Source: Octopus bimaculoides
Taxonomy: Eukaryota
Assembly: GCF_001194135.2 (NCBI RefSeq)
Contig: NC_068991.1
Coordinates: 44,618,044 to 44,682,043, forward strand
Reading direction: 5' to 3'
DNA length: 64,000 nucleotides
Shown: positions 12,576-25,037 of the stretch, one piece after another
Numbering within the stretch: the stretch's first letter is position 1
Layout: each line of letters begins with the position of its first letter
Notes under the pieces: generated by a model
Databases searched by the model: none
What the model saw: only the letters and a program-made list of their open reading frames with translations
Told to the model about the DNA's origin: nothing
Program-made: the position numbers and the translations under genes

Positions 12576-15500
12576 TTATATATTAATATATATGTCTGCG
12601 TGTACATGTGCATGCGTGTGTATTCTGGAACAAAGATTATAGCATAATATTAAATTTCAGTAGGATGGATCCTTCATATTTGAAATTATTTTTCTGAATG
12701 ACAATGAAAGTATTTAAAATGAACAGAAAATCAAGGGTTTAAATAAAACATATAAATTTTGAACAACTGTTACATGTTAGTGTAGAAATAGAAACCAAAA
12801 TTAGAATGATGAAATTAAAACAAAAATATAAATATATGAACATACATATACAGACAAAAGGTAAGAAACACAACTAAATAATAAACATGATTGAAGTGAG
12901 CACTTACAGTCTCCTACCCTCCCCTTCACTCATACACTAACCTTATTAGCAGAATAAGAATGTCAATATATGAAGTCTTATCTACATAATATTACAGTCC
13001 ATGAAATGAGGCCAATAATATAATAATCTCTCTAATTACATGTGTGCATGCACACACACACACACACACACAAACACATACATCAATAATATATATGTGT
13101 GAGTGTGAGTGTGTGCATACATATGCACACATCTACATATATAACACACATACGCACACACATGCATATATATATATATANNNNNNNNNNNNNNNNNNNN
13201 NNNNNNNNNNNNNNNNNNNNNNNNNNNNNNNNNNNNNNNNNNNNNNNNNNNNNNNNNNNNNNNNNNNNNNNNNNNNNNNNNNNNNNNNNNNNNNNNNNNN
13301 NNNNNNNNNNNNNNNNNNNNNNNNNNNNNNNNNNNNNNNNNNNNNNNNNNNNNNNNNNNNNNNNNNNNNNNNNNNNNNNNNNNNNNNNNNNNNNNNNNNN
13401 NNNNNNNNNNNNNNNNNNNNNNNNNNNNNNNNNNNNNNNNNNNNNNNNNNNNNNNNNNNNNNNNNNNNNNNNNNNNNNNNNNNNNNNNNNNNNNNNNNNN
13501 NNNNATATATATATATATATATATATATAAAGCCAAATGTTAGAGGAACTCCATATTTTCTAACATCAATGATTTTAGAAATAATTTCTGATCCATTTCA
13601 AATCAATAATGTTTTACTTTGACCTTATTTCATTTCAACTATATCACATCAGGAAAATAATTACATTAGAATTAATATATTATTATTTTCATCTTCTTTA
13701 CTGTGAAAACCCAGGTGACACTGTTTAGAACTTATTCCAGTTGCAATAGATTTAGTTTGTTCATTTAACATAATCTTGTTACACACACAATCTTTTGACA
13801 AATTCCTACATAGAGCTATTTTGTGACTATGTAAATTCAGAATTCAGCCACCAGATATTAAAGAAATTTCATTAAACTAACGATCAAATAAGTTTGGTGG
13901 ATGACTATTTACTATTAAAGATCTGAGTGTAAAAAAAGAACATTTATTTATTGAAATTCTATTACTCCTCCATGAGTACACAAATTTAAATTGCTCAAAA
14001 TATGTTACTTTACCAAACTGCAGTTTCAAATAAATAAAATGCAATATAAAACAGACAACTAACTGCTTCTTAAAATGAAGAAGCTAGGTTTCACTTCTTT
14101 TAATAGAACAACGTTGTATCTGTTTTTACAATTAGTTTCAAATTACTAATCATACCAGAGCTAAAGTTCATATGAACAGTAAGTTTTATACACTGCATGA
14201 ATAGTACCTATAAAATGTCCAAAATAGAATAAAACAACACACATCCAATGACTTACACACTTATAGAGCCTTACTTAAAAATAATATATCCCTACTACCA
14301 TACATACATGAATGTTGCTGACTTGATTCTAAACAACCTATTTAAGTGTTCATAAAGGGAACCTGTACAAAAAAAACTGCTTGACCAAAAAAAAAAAAAA
14401 CTATTCCATTCTTTGATGATAGTTATACTATGAGATTTACAGCATGTTGTCTATTGACCAGAATAACAGGAGAGAAGAAGATATATTCTTATAGACTAGC
14501 TACTGTCTCATACATACAGACTATTCACTGCGCTAATTACATAAATACACACCCCAAATACATGCATGCATACCAATACATACATATACCCACCCATGCG
14601 TATTGTACATTGTCAAATGGCATACTATGAAGATGGCTTTATGGAGTATACAACAATAAAATAAAGATGCCCGGAAACAGAAATATGCATAAATAATTCA
14701 TATAATACTTCCTTCAGATCAATGTTTATAGATCAGTATAATTTTCAAAATATTTCATTATGTCATTTTTCTTTTGTGGTTCAAGAAAGAAGCTCATATA
14801 TTTATTTACAAATTAATTTTGGAGTATTACTTGGTATTTTTTCAATTGAAATTTAATATAGTCAAAATTATCATTAATTTCTTAAAAAACATCCTTTTAC
14901 TCAAATTGTGTATTATCAAAAGTATTTCACATAGTCCGATGTGATTAATGAAATTATAAAATATTTCAAGATAACTAATTTTAAATTGAGCTGTATGCAC
15001 ACATGATTCACCTTTTTGCTAAATCCTTCTGAAATTAGTCATATCGTTTTACCCGAAATATTAATTCCTTGTCAACTGAAAACTGAAAAACTTTTACTTG
15101 CTAAGACACAAATACCAAGAAAATATTAACCTTTTTGGGCAATGTTCTCATTTCTAACACCCTTTACATCTATGAATGAAAAGTTTCCAATATAAAATGG
15201 AGAAAGAAAAAAATTAAAACTTCAGATATTTTGATAAGAAACTTTTAATGAAATATAATAGCTAAAATTTATTTTATTTCAATATGATTCTTTACTTTGT
15301 CAAACAATATGTTTAGATGATTAAGATTTTACTGTTATACAACAGAATCAGTTGCATGACTGTGAATTCAGACATTTATTAAAATAAATATCAGAATTCA
15401 CAGTTGAAATACAATTGTCTGCCCTGTTCCTAATGCTAATCTTTCAACCTTTTCAGTGGCAAATGGTAGGCTTAATCTGTTACTGATGCTCCTTTAATGT

Positions 15501-17147
15501 CACCACCTGGTCCTTGCTACTTTTAGTGAAGTCTATTCTGTTGCAAGCATGTGGACCAGATCTCCACTCTGAGGATAATTCAATATTTTGATGTGTTACT
15601 TTCTACCACAGCAGCCCATGAAATGTGACTTCTTTCTCCCTTACCCTCATCAGACTCAGAGGTCTGTACAAAAATGATGGATGTTGTCCTTTCTCTTCAT
15701 GCTTAATAAAAAAAAAAATTGAAAAAAAGATAAGCTCTCCACAAATGAATCCTGGTTTCAACTATTTCACACACTGTTATTTCTATAAAATGTTAAGCAG
15801 CATGCCTATGTAAGAAATAAAATGTTTCCAATGTTTGTAAAGATTTAAGCAAGGGTCACTTTTATTATATTAATAACTTTCTAACATAGGCACAGAATTA
15901 TTAATATTATCATCACTAGCACAAATGGTAGAGTGCCAAAAGTAGTAAAAATAAATCATTTTTGGTCTAGAAAACTATCTAACCATGCATTAGTTGCTAG
16001 TGAATTTGGTCAACAATTGAGCATTTTCAATTTCATAGTGGCCAGGTTAAGAGGTAAGATTTTAATGGCTTACTCAGGGAATACCTAGCTTCAGTGTTAA
16101 GATACGAATTTGTTTTTAATTAAGATGCCAATGCTACATCTATTCAACTATAATGACTCCTTGAAATAAGATGACTAATTAGATTAACTAAATTTTGAAA
16201 ATATATCACAGAAATTCACTAAGAAATTAAAAAGATTATATGCATATAAATAAATTAAAGCTTCTTAAAAATAATTCCAAAATGTAAACAAAATCAATAG
16301 TTCATACATAAAAGTAAACCAGAAATTCTGATACATTTCCAGAAACTCTTGTAGGTCACTTGACTATGCTTATATAATTTCAAAATTGATTTTTAATGAT
16401 ATCATATTTCTGTTTACTCATCTATAGTTGGTGCACCATTTTTGTTATATTGCATAAATTCAAGAATACAAATAAACAAGTCAAACAATAAAGAAGAATA
16501 GAACAGAAAACATGTCTTTGAATTAAATATGGTTAATTGAAGAATCAGGAATCTAGTCAATAACAGAATGGAAAATAAAATTTCATACATTTATTACATT
16601 AAAATTCCTTATAAATTTTAAGCATTTCATTATTAATCATTAAAGTACACCAATTTGAGTATAAAACCATATATCTGATCTTATGCCCAAATTGTTTTCT
16701 CATTGTTTTTTAAGCAACAATAATTTTTTATTGTTATTTTCAATCCAAAATACACACAACTTGAATAATTTAAACAAAAACAAAACTTTTAATGGATAGT
16801 TAAAAGATAAAAAACATTTATAAACTGTAAATTGTAAAAAAAAATTGTGCATATTTTCGTATTTGTAATATCCTCTTTTTGTTGGGTGCTCAACAAATGT
16901 TATTTTTACTTTTTCTTTTTGAGGTATTGAAGAAGTTTCAGATACTTTAAAACTATTAAATATTGAAACATGTCTCAGGAGACATCATCAATAATTTAGT
17001 TTTATATAACTTAAGTACAGCTCTGAAAAAGGTTTAAAGAAATATTTGATGAATGTTAATCTTTGAAAATATTTGATGGTTTAAAAAAGATAAGAAATAA
17101 CTTTTAGGTTAATCAGACTGTTTAAAACTGTTTAGATAAATCATAAT

Positions 17148-17165
17148 AATAATAATAAAAATAAA

Positions 17166-17227
<62 letters not shown>

Positions 17228-17260
17228 TAAAATTAATGATAATAATAATGATAATAATAG
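17148..17260. repeat. (AAT)n microsatellite
   Basis: Directly visible trinucleotide run. Confidence 0.95.
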
Positions 17261-17649
17261 TTTAATTGAAACTTAACTATATTGGAAGAAATCACTAAAC
17301 ATTCATAGTTAATTACAAAACACTAAAACTAGCTTTAAAAGATACCAACAAACATTAAGAAATATTGATAAATGTTAACACTAGTTTTTAGGGGAACATT
17401 AAACATTCAGGACTATTGATGAAATGTTAAAACTAATTTTTAATATGTTACTAAGCATTCAGGGACAGTGAAAACAAAGGCAGTACTCATCTGGTTAAAA
17501 ATTGATAAAATTTTTTTATCAAATATTTCAAGTTGACCAAATTGTTTTAATTATAACTGATATCTTGAGACAGTAGTGAAATTAAAGGTGTTAAAAAACA
17601 ATAAGCTAGTTGGGAAAGGGCTTAAAATTGCCTGAAAATAATTACTAAC

Positions 17650-17814
17650 CTTCCGTTCGGCTTCCTCTTCTTCAGCATCTGCTTGGTCTTGTTTCTGTTG
17701 CTCGTCATAAGACATAGCAACAATGGCTAATATTAAATTAACCAGATAGAAAGATCCCAGAAAGATGACCAAAATAAAGAATAATGCATGAATGGGACCT
17801 TCAGCTCGTATAAC
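17650..17814 (-). CDS. Nav1: Voltage-gated Na+ channel alpha subunit, coding exon 9 (domain I S6 and start of the I-II linker)
   Basis: [55 protein letters not shown]; acceptor tttgatag, donor gttagt; 165 nt, phase 0/0. Confidence 0.97.
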
Positions 17815-18989
17815 CTATCAAAAAAAAAAACAGTTTTTTCTTTAAATGCAAACATTTGTAATTTGGATAGGAAATTCTAAAAATCTACGTAAGTTTTATA
17901 ATTCTTTATCATCTGCAGTTGAGTAAAATAAGTTTGGTAAATAAGTGAGTACCAACATGGCACAAAGAATTTGATGGAGGCAGAACAGAATCCAACAGCA
18001 TAGATTTTCTTCTACGCCTAAAAACAAACTTTACAAAACCTTATGTAAAGCACAAAATTATATGAAGTATTTAAACTTGGTATATTAAACAATAGGTGGG
18101 AAACCTGTAACCTTAGAGACAAATGTGGCCTTATGAAAGAAGTATGTTGTAGGGAAAATCATTATACTAGAATATATATCTTTTCAATTACTTGAACATT
18201 TTAGAAACATTTATATTTCTTTATCTACACCTATAATTACTTCTTTAAAGTAATTACAATTGTGTTTAAAACAGGGATCTGAAGAACTTTTCAGAAAAAA
18301 GTTACAATGATGCTTATTCCAAAACTCTGCCTTTTTTTTTTTTACACTTTGTTAGAGTTTATATGAGAAATTACATTTTATAAAATGAGAATTTAGTAGT
18401 ATCAATATTTTTTTTAATGAAGCTTTGGTAAATGGCAGTTAACTTCAATGTGGCCTTTTAACCTTAAAAAAGCTTCCCCACTGCTGCACTAAAACTATCA
18501 GGAGTAACATTTACTTACAAGTCATTATCCTTATATTCATATACATATATGAAAGATAAGTACAAATATATTTTCATTAAAATATTAAATATATTTTATT
18601 TTTTGTGTACTTCCTTTTCCAACTGACTAAATAAATATAAATTTTCCATTGAATTGCCTGTCTCATTCAAAAGGATTTTTTGAAAAAACAAACAAACAAA
18701 AAAACCCCAGAGTTTTAAGTCCTGATATACTTCCTGTTACCAATATTCAGAAGCAACAAAAAAGATTTTACAATCAGTGTCTTTCAAGACTTATTGTAAG
18801 TATGACACCATAAGCTCACAAGATTTTGAAGTTGACATCATACACATTAATTTTCTACATTAAAGACCAAATTGGTTCAACATATGCTACCTCAGCTGAC
18901 TCTCCATATTTTTAGTAAATTTGACAGTACATTATCAGACTGATAGAGACAAAAAGACATATTTATCTAGTTGAAATATAAACAATTTG

Positions 18990-19532
18990 CCTTGATGTAG
19001 TACCAGGCAGTGGCTCTCATGGCTTCTGATCTTAACTGATTGGAAGTATTATCATGTACATTGTTTTGTCTTGGTATAAAAGATGGGCTACAGCAAATAT
19101 TCTGCTCAATACCACAGATTTGCTTGTCAATTGTTTGACCTTAACCAGTTGAGCATGTTGCTTAGTGGCTGACGATATGTGCATCTCTGATCACAAGCAG
19201 AAGTAGTGGGGGAGCATCATAGCCATGTGTTGAGAGGAATTCTTTGGGGTTTGGATAATTCACCTCTGGTAACATAGGTGTTTCTTTCAACATCCTTAAA
19301 CAACCCTTATCCAGGGGTCTTTTGAGCAGGATGGGCTACTCAACCTGAAGAAAATTCTAACTGGGCCCCACATGCATTGTTTATCTTGATATGAGATCAC
19401 CATGTCATGCACACATGGTTGTGATGCATGTGCCTGGTGTACCCTTATAAGACGGGTAGTCATGATGGGTATACTCGACTTTGTACATTTTACCCCAGTA
19501 TCACTTTGATGGCATGCACTGCTCTCTCACTC

Positions 19533-19570
<38 letters not shown>
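18990..19570 (+). mobile_element. Non-coding interspersed repeat with (AAT)n tail (SINE or LINE 3' end)
   Basis: GC-richer block ending in ctctctcactc(aat)n; no ORF; family not identified. Confidence 0.5.
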
Positions 19571-19572
<2 letters not shown>

Positions 19573-19898
19573 GTGATAACTGTTGTTGACAGAACTATGA
19601 GACCAACAAATTTTATGTGTATTGGGGAGGAGAAGTTAGTCATCTAAACTGACCCCAGTATTTGAGTAATAATAGTAATGATTCCTAACATAGATACAAG
19701 ATCACAAATGGTTAATCAATTAATTTATTGGTTCTGGAAAAATGAAAGTAAAGTCAACCTTGGCAGGATTTGAATTTAGAAAGTAAAAGAGCTGTAACTA
19801 AACAGTACAAGGCATTTTAGCTGACACACTAATGATTCTGCTAAATAACAATATAGAGAAAAATCTAGTACTTAATTAAATAACAAATACTATCTTAC

Positions 19899-20043
19899 AA
19901 GCTGGTATAAATTTTCCCAATAATCTTGAGTCATCAATCGAAAGGCACATAACATAGCCCAGGCAAAGTTGTCAAAACTTGTATATCCGAAATTTGGATT
20001 ATCTCCTATTTCTTGTAAACATGTGAAATTTTCAGCACATTGT
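19899..20043 (-). CDS. Nav1: Nav alpha subunit coding exon 8 (domain I pore loop)
   Basis: [48 protein letters not shown]; acceptor tctttcag, donor gtaaga; 145 nt; selectivity-filter Asp codon at 19923-19925. Confidence 0.97.
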
Positions 20044-20264
20044 CTGAAAGATAACAAAAAACATATATTAATAAAAAATAAAATTAATTTGGCAAATAAT
20101 TATTTTCTTATGTAGAAATTACAAAAGTTTACCAAAAATGCTTTTTTTTTATAACCAAATAAATCTGAAATTATAATTTTTTTTACATACTTAAAAGTAC
20201 CTAAAATGAAAAAGAATTCTATATTTATCAGACTGGTAATATAAATCTGCCTATATATATATAT

Positions 20265-20973
20265 ATGGGCTGTGACTGCTGAGGACATGCGTAAGCTCAC
20301 AAGGAATGAAGCCAGTATGCTCCGTTGGATGTGTAATGTCAGTGTGCATACCCGTCAGAGTGTAAGTATCTTGAGAGAAAAGCTGAACATTAGAAGCATC
20401 AGTTGTGGTGTGCAAGAGAGACGATTGCGCTGGTATGGACATGTGGTGAGAATGGATGAGGATAGCTGCGTGAAAAAGTGCCACACCCTAACAGTTGAGG
20501 GAACCCGTGGAAGAGGTAGGCCCAGGAAGACCTGGGCTGAGGTGGTGAGGCAAGACCTTCGAACATTGGGCCTCACCGAGGCAATGACTACTGACCGAAA
20601 CCTTTGGANNNNNNNNNNACCATTCTGAGCGTGACCGTTGCCAGTACCGCCTGACTGGCCTTCATAGGATTTTCGAGCGAGATCGTTGCCAGTGCCCCTG
20701 GACTGGCTCTTGTGCGGGTGGCACATAAAAGACACCATTTTGAGTGTGGCCGTTGCCAGTACTGCCTGACTGGCCCTCGTGCGGGTGACACGTAAAAGCA
20801 CCCACTACACTCTCTGAGTGGTTGGCGTTAGGAAGGGCATCCAGCTGTAGAAACTCTGCCAAATTAGATTGGAGCCTGGTGTTGCCATCCGGTTTCACCA
20901 GTCCTCAGTCAAATCGTCCAACCCATGCTAGCATGGAAAGCGGACGTTAAACGACGACGATGATGATGATGAT
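20265..20973 (+). mobile_element. 5'-truncated RTE LINE (ORF C-terminus, 3'UTR and (GAT)n tail)
   Basis: ORF ...MLRWMCNVSVHTRQ...LRWYGHVVRMDE...RGRGRPRKTW; 3'UTR ggttggcgttaggaagggcatcc; ends in acgacgacgatgatgatgat. Confidence 0.9.
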
Positions 20974-20981
20974 GCATATAT

Positions 20982-21410
20982 ATCAGGTTGAGTAAAAAGT
21001 AAGCAATGTTTTGAACGATGAAGAATTTGACCCAGATTTTTGCAGAGTTTTGGATTTTTTTAAACAATTTTTTGCAATTGTCTGATAATATAGACATAGA
21101 CTTGCCAAAATGCATCAATAAATTAACATTGATATTTTTTTTCACCATTATTACAATCATCTGAAATGGAACTGTCAAAGCGTGATATTCAGGCAATTTT
21201 GCTATTCAACTTCAAAAAAGGACATAAAGCAGCTGAAACTGCTGGCAATATCAACAAAATGTTTGGTGAAGAAATGACCAGTGAGTGGTCAGCTCAAAAA
21301 TCGTTTAAACAATTTTGCAGTGGAGACCTGAGTCTTGAACATCGTGAGTGTAGTGGACGCCCATCTGTCATTGAGGATGATCAATTAAAGACTGTCATTG
21401 GGAAAGAAGT
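20982..21410 (+). mobile_element. Mariner 5' fragment (TIR and HTH region of the transposase), truncated
   Basis: ta|tcaggttgagtaaaaagt end; MELSKRDIQAILLFNFKKGHKAAETAGNINKMFGE...SGRPSVIEDDQLK is a mariner N-terminal HTH. Confidence 0.8.
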
Positions 21411-22150
21411 GGTATTATAATTAATGGGTATAGGATCAGTTGGCTGATATCTGTAGCTGACTTGGTGCTACTTGGCTTGACAATGTTATCTTCAACATAT
21501 ACTGAAAAGGTTTGCAGCCAAATTAGAATTGCAAAGACTGAGAAACTAGTCCCCTAGTGAAAGTCTTCTCAGTGCCTCTGCATATTAGTAGAACATCACT
21601 ACCTCAGAGTAGTTGAAATGAATGTTAGAATTCCAGGTGCTGGCACAGTAATGTGCTAGCTCCAACATTCAATCCTCAGAAGAGGAGAGGTTGGTGAAAA
21701 AAGCCAAACTCACTATTTTCAATTTGGTTTTTGTACCTATCCTTACCTACGTCATGAATGTTGTGAATACAAGTAGCTGAAATAAGAATCCTCTGAAGGA
21801 TCTTTGAAGTAGCCGTACTTGATAGGGCACACATCGTGAAGATCTCCAAGTTGAGCCACTACTTCAGAAAATTGAAAGATTACAGCTCCAGTACTACAGA
21901 CATATGATTAGGATATTGCAGGAAAGAAAGAATCACAAGAGGGATTCTTCAAGCCAAGCCAACTGGCAAGAGACCAAGAGGTAGACTAAGAATGAGATGG
22001 TTGGATAATATGCTTAGTCTCAGTTGGTCAAGCTTGGGAATTCAGCAGGAAAATCTAATAATGGTCGCTTTTGAAAGGACCCTATGGCAAAGATGCCTGA
22101 GGACTCTATACACATGATTCTCCTAGGGAAAATGGGCTGAGAAGTTAGAT
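21410..22150 (+). mobile_element. Degenerate RTE-like LINE 3' fragment, same family as 5070-6200
   Basis: ggtataggatcagttggctgatat..gacttggtgctacttggc aligns to 5411-5460; gaccaagaggtagactaagaatgagatggttggataata aligns to about 6010-6050. Confidence 0.7.
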
Positions 22151-24976
22151 GAATGTAGAAGTTTGCTTTTACTAGCAGATGACCAATTTTCTATTCATTT
22201 GTCATAGATTTCAAGCCACAATAAACTAAAAAGTTTGAAACTTTTTGTTTACAAATATAAATTTACAAGCAGTATAAGCACACACATATACACACACTCT
22301 CTGTATATTTTGGTGTTTATATTCATCTTTGAAACTTGAAAAATCTTTGGTCAATCTCGGAGGTATCTAATATATTACTTTATATTTTAAGTGCAAAACT
22401 CGAACCTTTGATATAATTGGGAAGAAAATCTAATAACAGTGAAGGGGGAACAATTCTCATGATCTCTACAAACTTTTACATATTAGTGAGATTGAGGCAA
22501 TTGATGTTTAACTCAAAAAACATGTAGGTCAAAGATGTGTAAGGAATGGCCTATTGGATTTATGAGTCTGGGGAGGAAAGAACCGAAGAAAGTGTTTCAT
22601 ACAAAGTTTGGTGTTGTGACACAATAAGGGCAATGGGAAAAGGAAAAACTATAGGGTCAGATGAGCCTAGGTGGACAAGTGTGCAACTAGCTAGTTCAGA
22701 AGCAGTAGCATCATCTCATATATGTGAGCAGTACTCAGTGTAGGTATATCTTTAGCTATTTTTATAAAGAGATAATAATTATAGATTGGAGTTGAAGTAT
22801 TTTCCTGGAGAGGAAGATTGGTCTTTGAGTGGTTTTGGTAATGCTTTATATATTAATATGATGGAATCTTCCATCGAAGATAGCAGTGTTCAGTTTTTGT
22901 TGAACAACCTGCACAAATGATTTGTTTATATGATCAAATGTATGCACTGTATATTAGCTCATTCCCTCCATTAAATTGATGTTGCCCAAACAAGTGCACA
23001 ATATACCACATGTCAGATGTTGAAGTGATCGCTAAGATACTAAGCATAATGTCCCCATTAAAGAATGTTCATGATCTCTATTCATGGAAACAGTATAAAT
23101 TTGGTACTTAGGGTGTGTAGATGATACCTGTATTAAGAAAGCAAAGGGGGAAAGGTGGATTGTTTCATCTGCATAGGAACGTATGTTGTGTGGTTAGGAG
23201 CTACAGCAATTTGAATGATTAATATGCAAAAAGGAAAGTATGGAAGACATTAGTGAATCCTGAGGTGTATTAAAATTTGAGTGTGGGTTAAAGAGAGCTT
23301 TGCCAGCATATGTAGTAGTGTGATCAAATATAGGAGATTTCTAATACAAGAAATGAAAGAAGTATGTAAACCATAAATGAACAATTTTGCTGGAAGCTTC
23401 TCATGTCAGACAAAGTCATAATCTTTTCTGATGTCTAGAGCAAACAGCTGTAGTCAATGTTCTCAAAGAAGAGTGACTAGTAAAGTGTGATTTATGAAAA
23501 TTTCAGGTAGGTCTCGCTCAAATGAAGCCAAACTGTATGGATTCATATGTGATGGAGGAGGTACTTGTTAACAATTATTTTAGAAAATATGATATATATA
23601 CATCAATATTATCACTGTCACTTTTATATCCATATTTTCTGTGCAAGCACAGATTGCATGGAGCTGTAATATAGCATCTCTTCCTGCTAAGAGACACCTT
23701 TCTCAAATTAGAATAATCTGTTTCCCAAAGCTACCATGTATTACTTCTACCATCAATTCTTGACACCTTTTCTCTCATCATACATCATCTATTCATATTA
23801 CATACTTTCTACAGTGTAGTACTCAACAAATGTTACTTAAATCAGCTGCTTAATTCATTCATTTGTATTTGACAGTCTTATAAGCTAGGCATATAGAGTG
23901 AATAAAACTTAATATTTTTCCAGTTATATTAAAATATTTTGTATTCACTATGCATGCCTTACTGTCGTACATCATATTTCTTACCTGTTTCATATAAATT
24001 TGTCTTGTATGAAGATAGGAATCTTTTGATTCAAGTAAAAGCAAATACTTTATAAGAACTTATTTCATGTAAACTCTCACAGTAGCCACTAAGCTATCAC
24101 TATTGCCATCATCACAGTTAAGTATGAATCTACATAACAAAACTCTATTACCACTTCCAGCTTGCAGATGTTTAAATTTCTTGTCACTTTATTAGAAATC
24201 TCACAGCACCTATTGGTATTCCTTTCAACCATATAATATCACTTTATTGTTGTTGAGTGCAGCCCTGCTCAAAACTAGTACTTAAATTTTGGTAATGTTA
24301 GCCTTCAGGTTTTTTGACTTGAGTCTGCGTTTTAAGTTTTGAACTTGTATTTCATTTTCTTCAATATGAAATTAAGATTAGGTTATCAGAACAAAAATGT
24401 TCCCATGGGTGCCAAGTTCTGGTCTTGATGATTGCTGTCGTAAGGACTATGAAGAAGAGAGGATAACTGAAGATAGATCCTAAATAGATAGCAAATTTTT
24501 TTGTGAGTGTACACAAAGCAAACTATATGAGGCATATATAAGATATTTGTAAGGCAATGAATGAGAACAATGTGTCTGAGAAATTAGCTCAGCATGATCC
24601 ACTTGATGTGCCAATCTAATTACAAGAATGGTTGAATGTAAAAGATTTGAAAAGGCAGGTCATCATCAGAGATAATTTTACTGTCATATGGAAATGTCAA
24701 AAGAAAACATGATGTATATTGAGCAACATAGTTTGTCTGTAAAGACCACAAAAATGACCACCACCAGAGTATAGGACTTTCTATTGTTGGTGAAATATAA
24801 CCAATGATAAAGGTTAGGGATCAATTAAATGAAACTGTAGTCTGTGATTGTTATCCTTATTTCTCTCTTTTTCTTTCATATACACATACATAAGAAAGTG
24901 TGAAAGAACAAACAATAGATAAATAGATTGTTGTTATTTCAGTAAGAAAAAAAGAAAATTGAATAACATTACATAC

Positions 24977-25037
24977 CCTGCGCCTGAAGCATTTCCACAT
25001 ACGAGAGTGTTTCCATAATAATCTTCACCCCAATTAT
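24977..25037 (-). CDS. Nav1: Nav alpha subunit coding exon 7 (domain I S5-P extracellular loop)
   Basis: (D)NWGEDYYGNTLVCGNASGA(G); acceptor ttctattcag, donor gtatgt; 61 nt, phases 1/2 fit the neighbouring exons. Confidence 0.95.

Noticed and set aside
15645-15663. Possible 19-nt micro-exon (cag|ACCTCTGAGTCTGATGAGG|gtaagg)
   Set aside because: Splice-like signals are present but there is no protein similarity or supporting neighbour exon, and it changes phase. It cannot be supported without RNA data.
22480-23600. Possible decayed retroelement (WYLGCVDDT-like motif near 23100)
   Set aside because: A single weak motif; the family cannot be assigned by eye.
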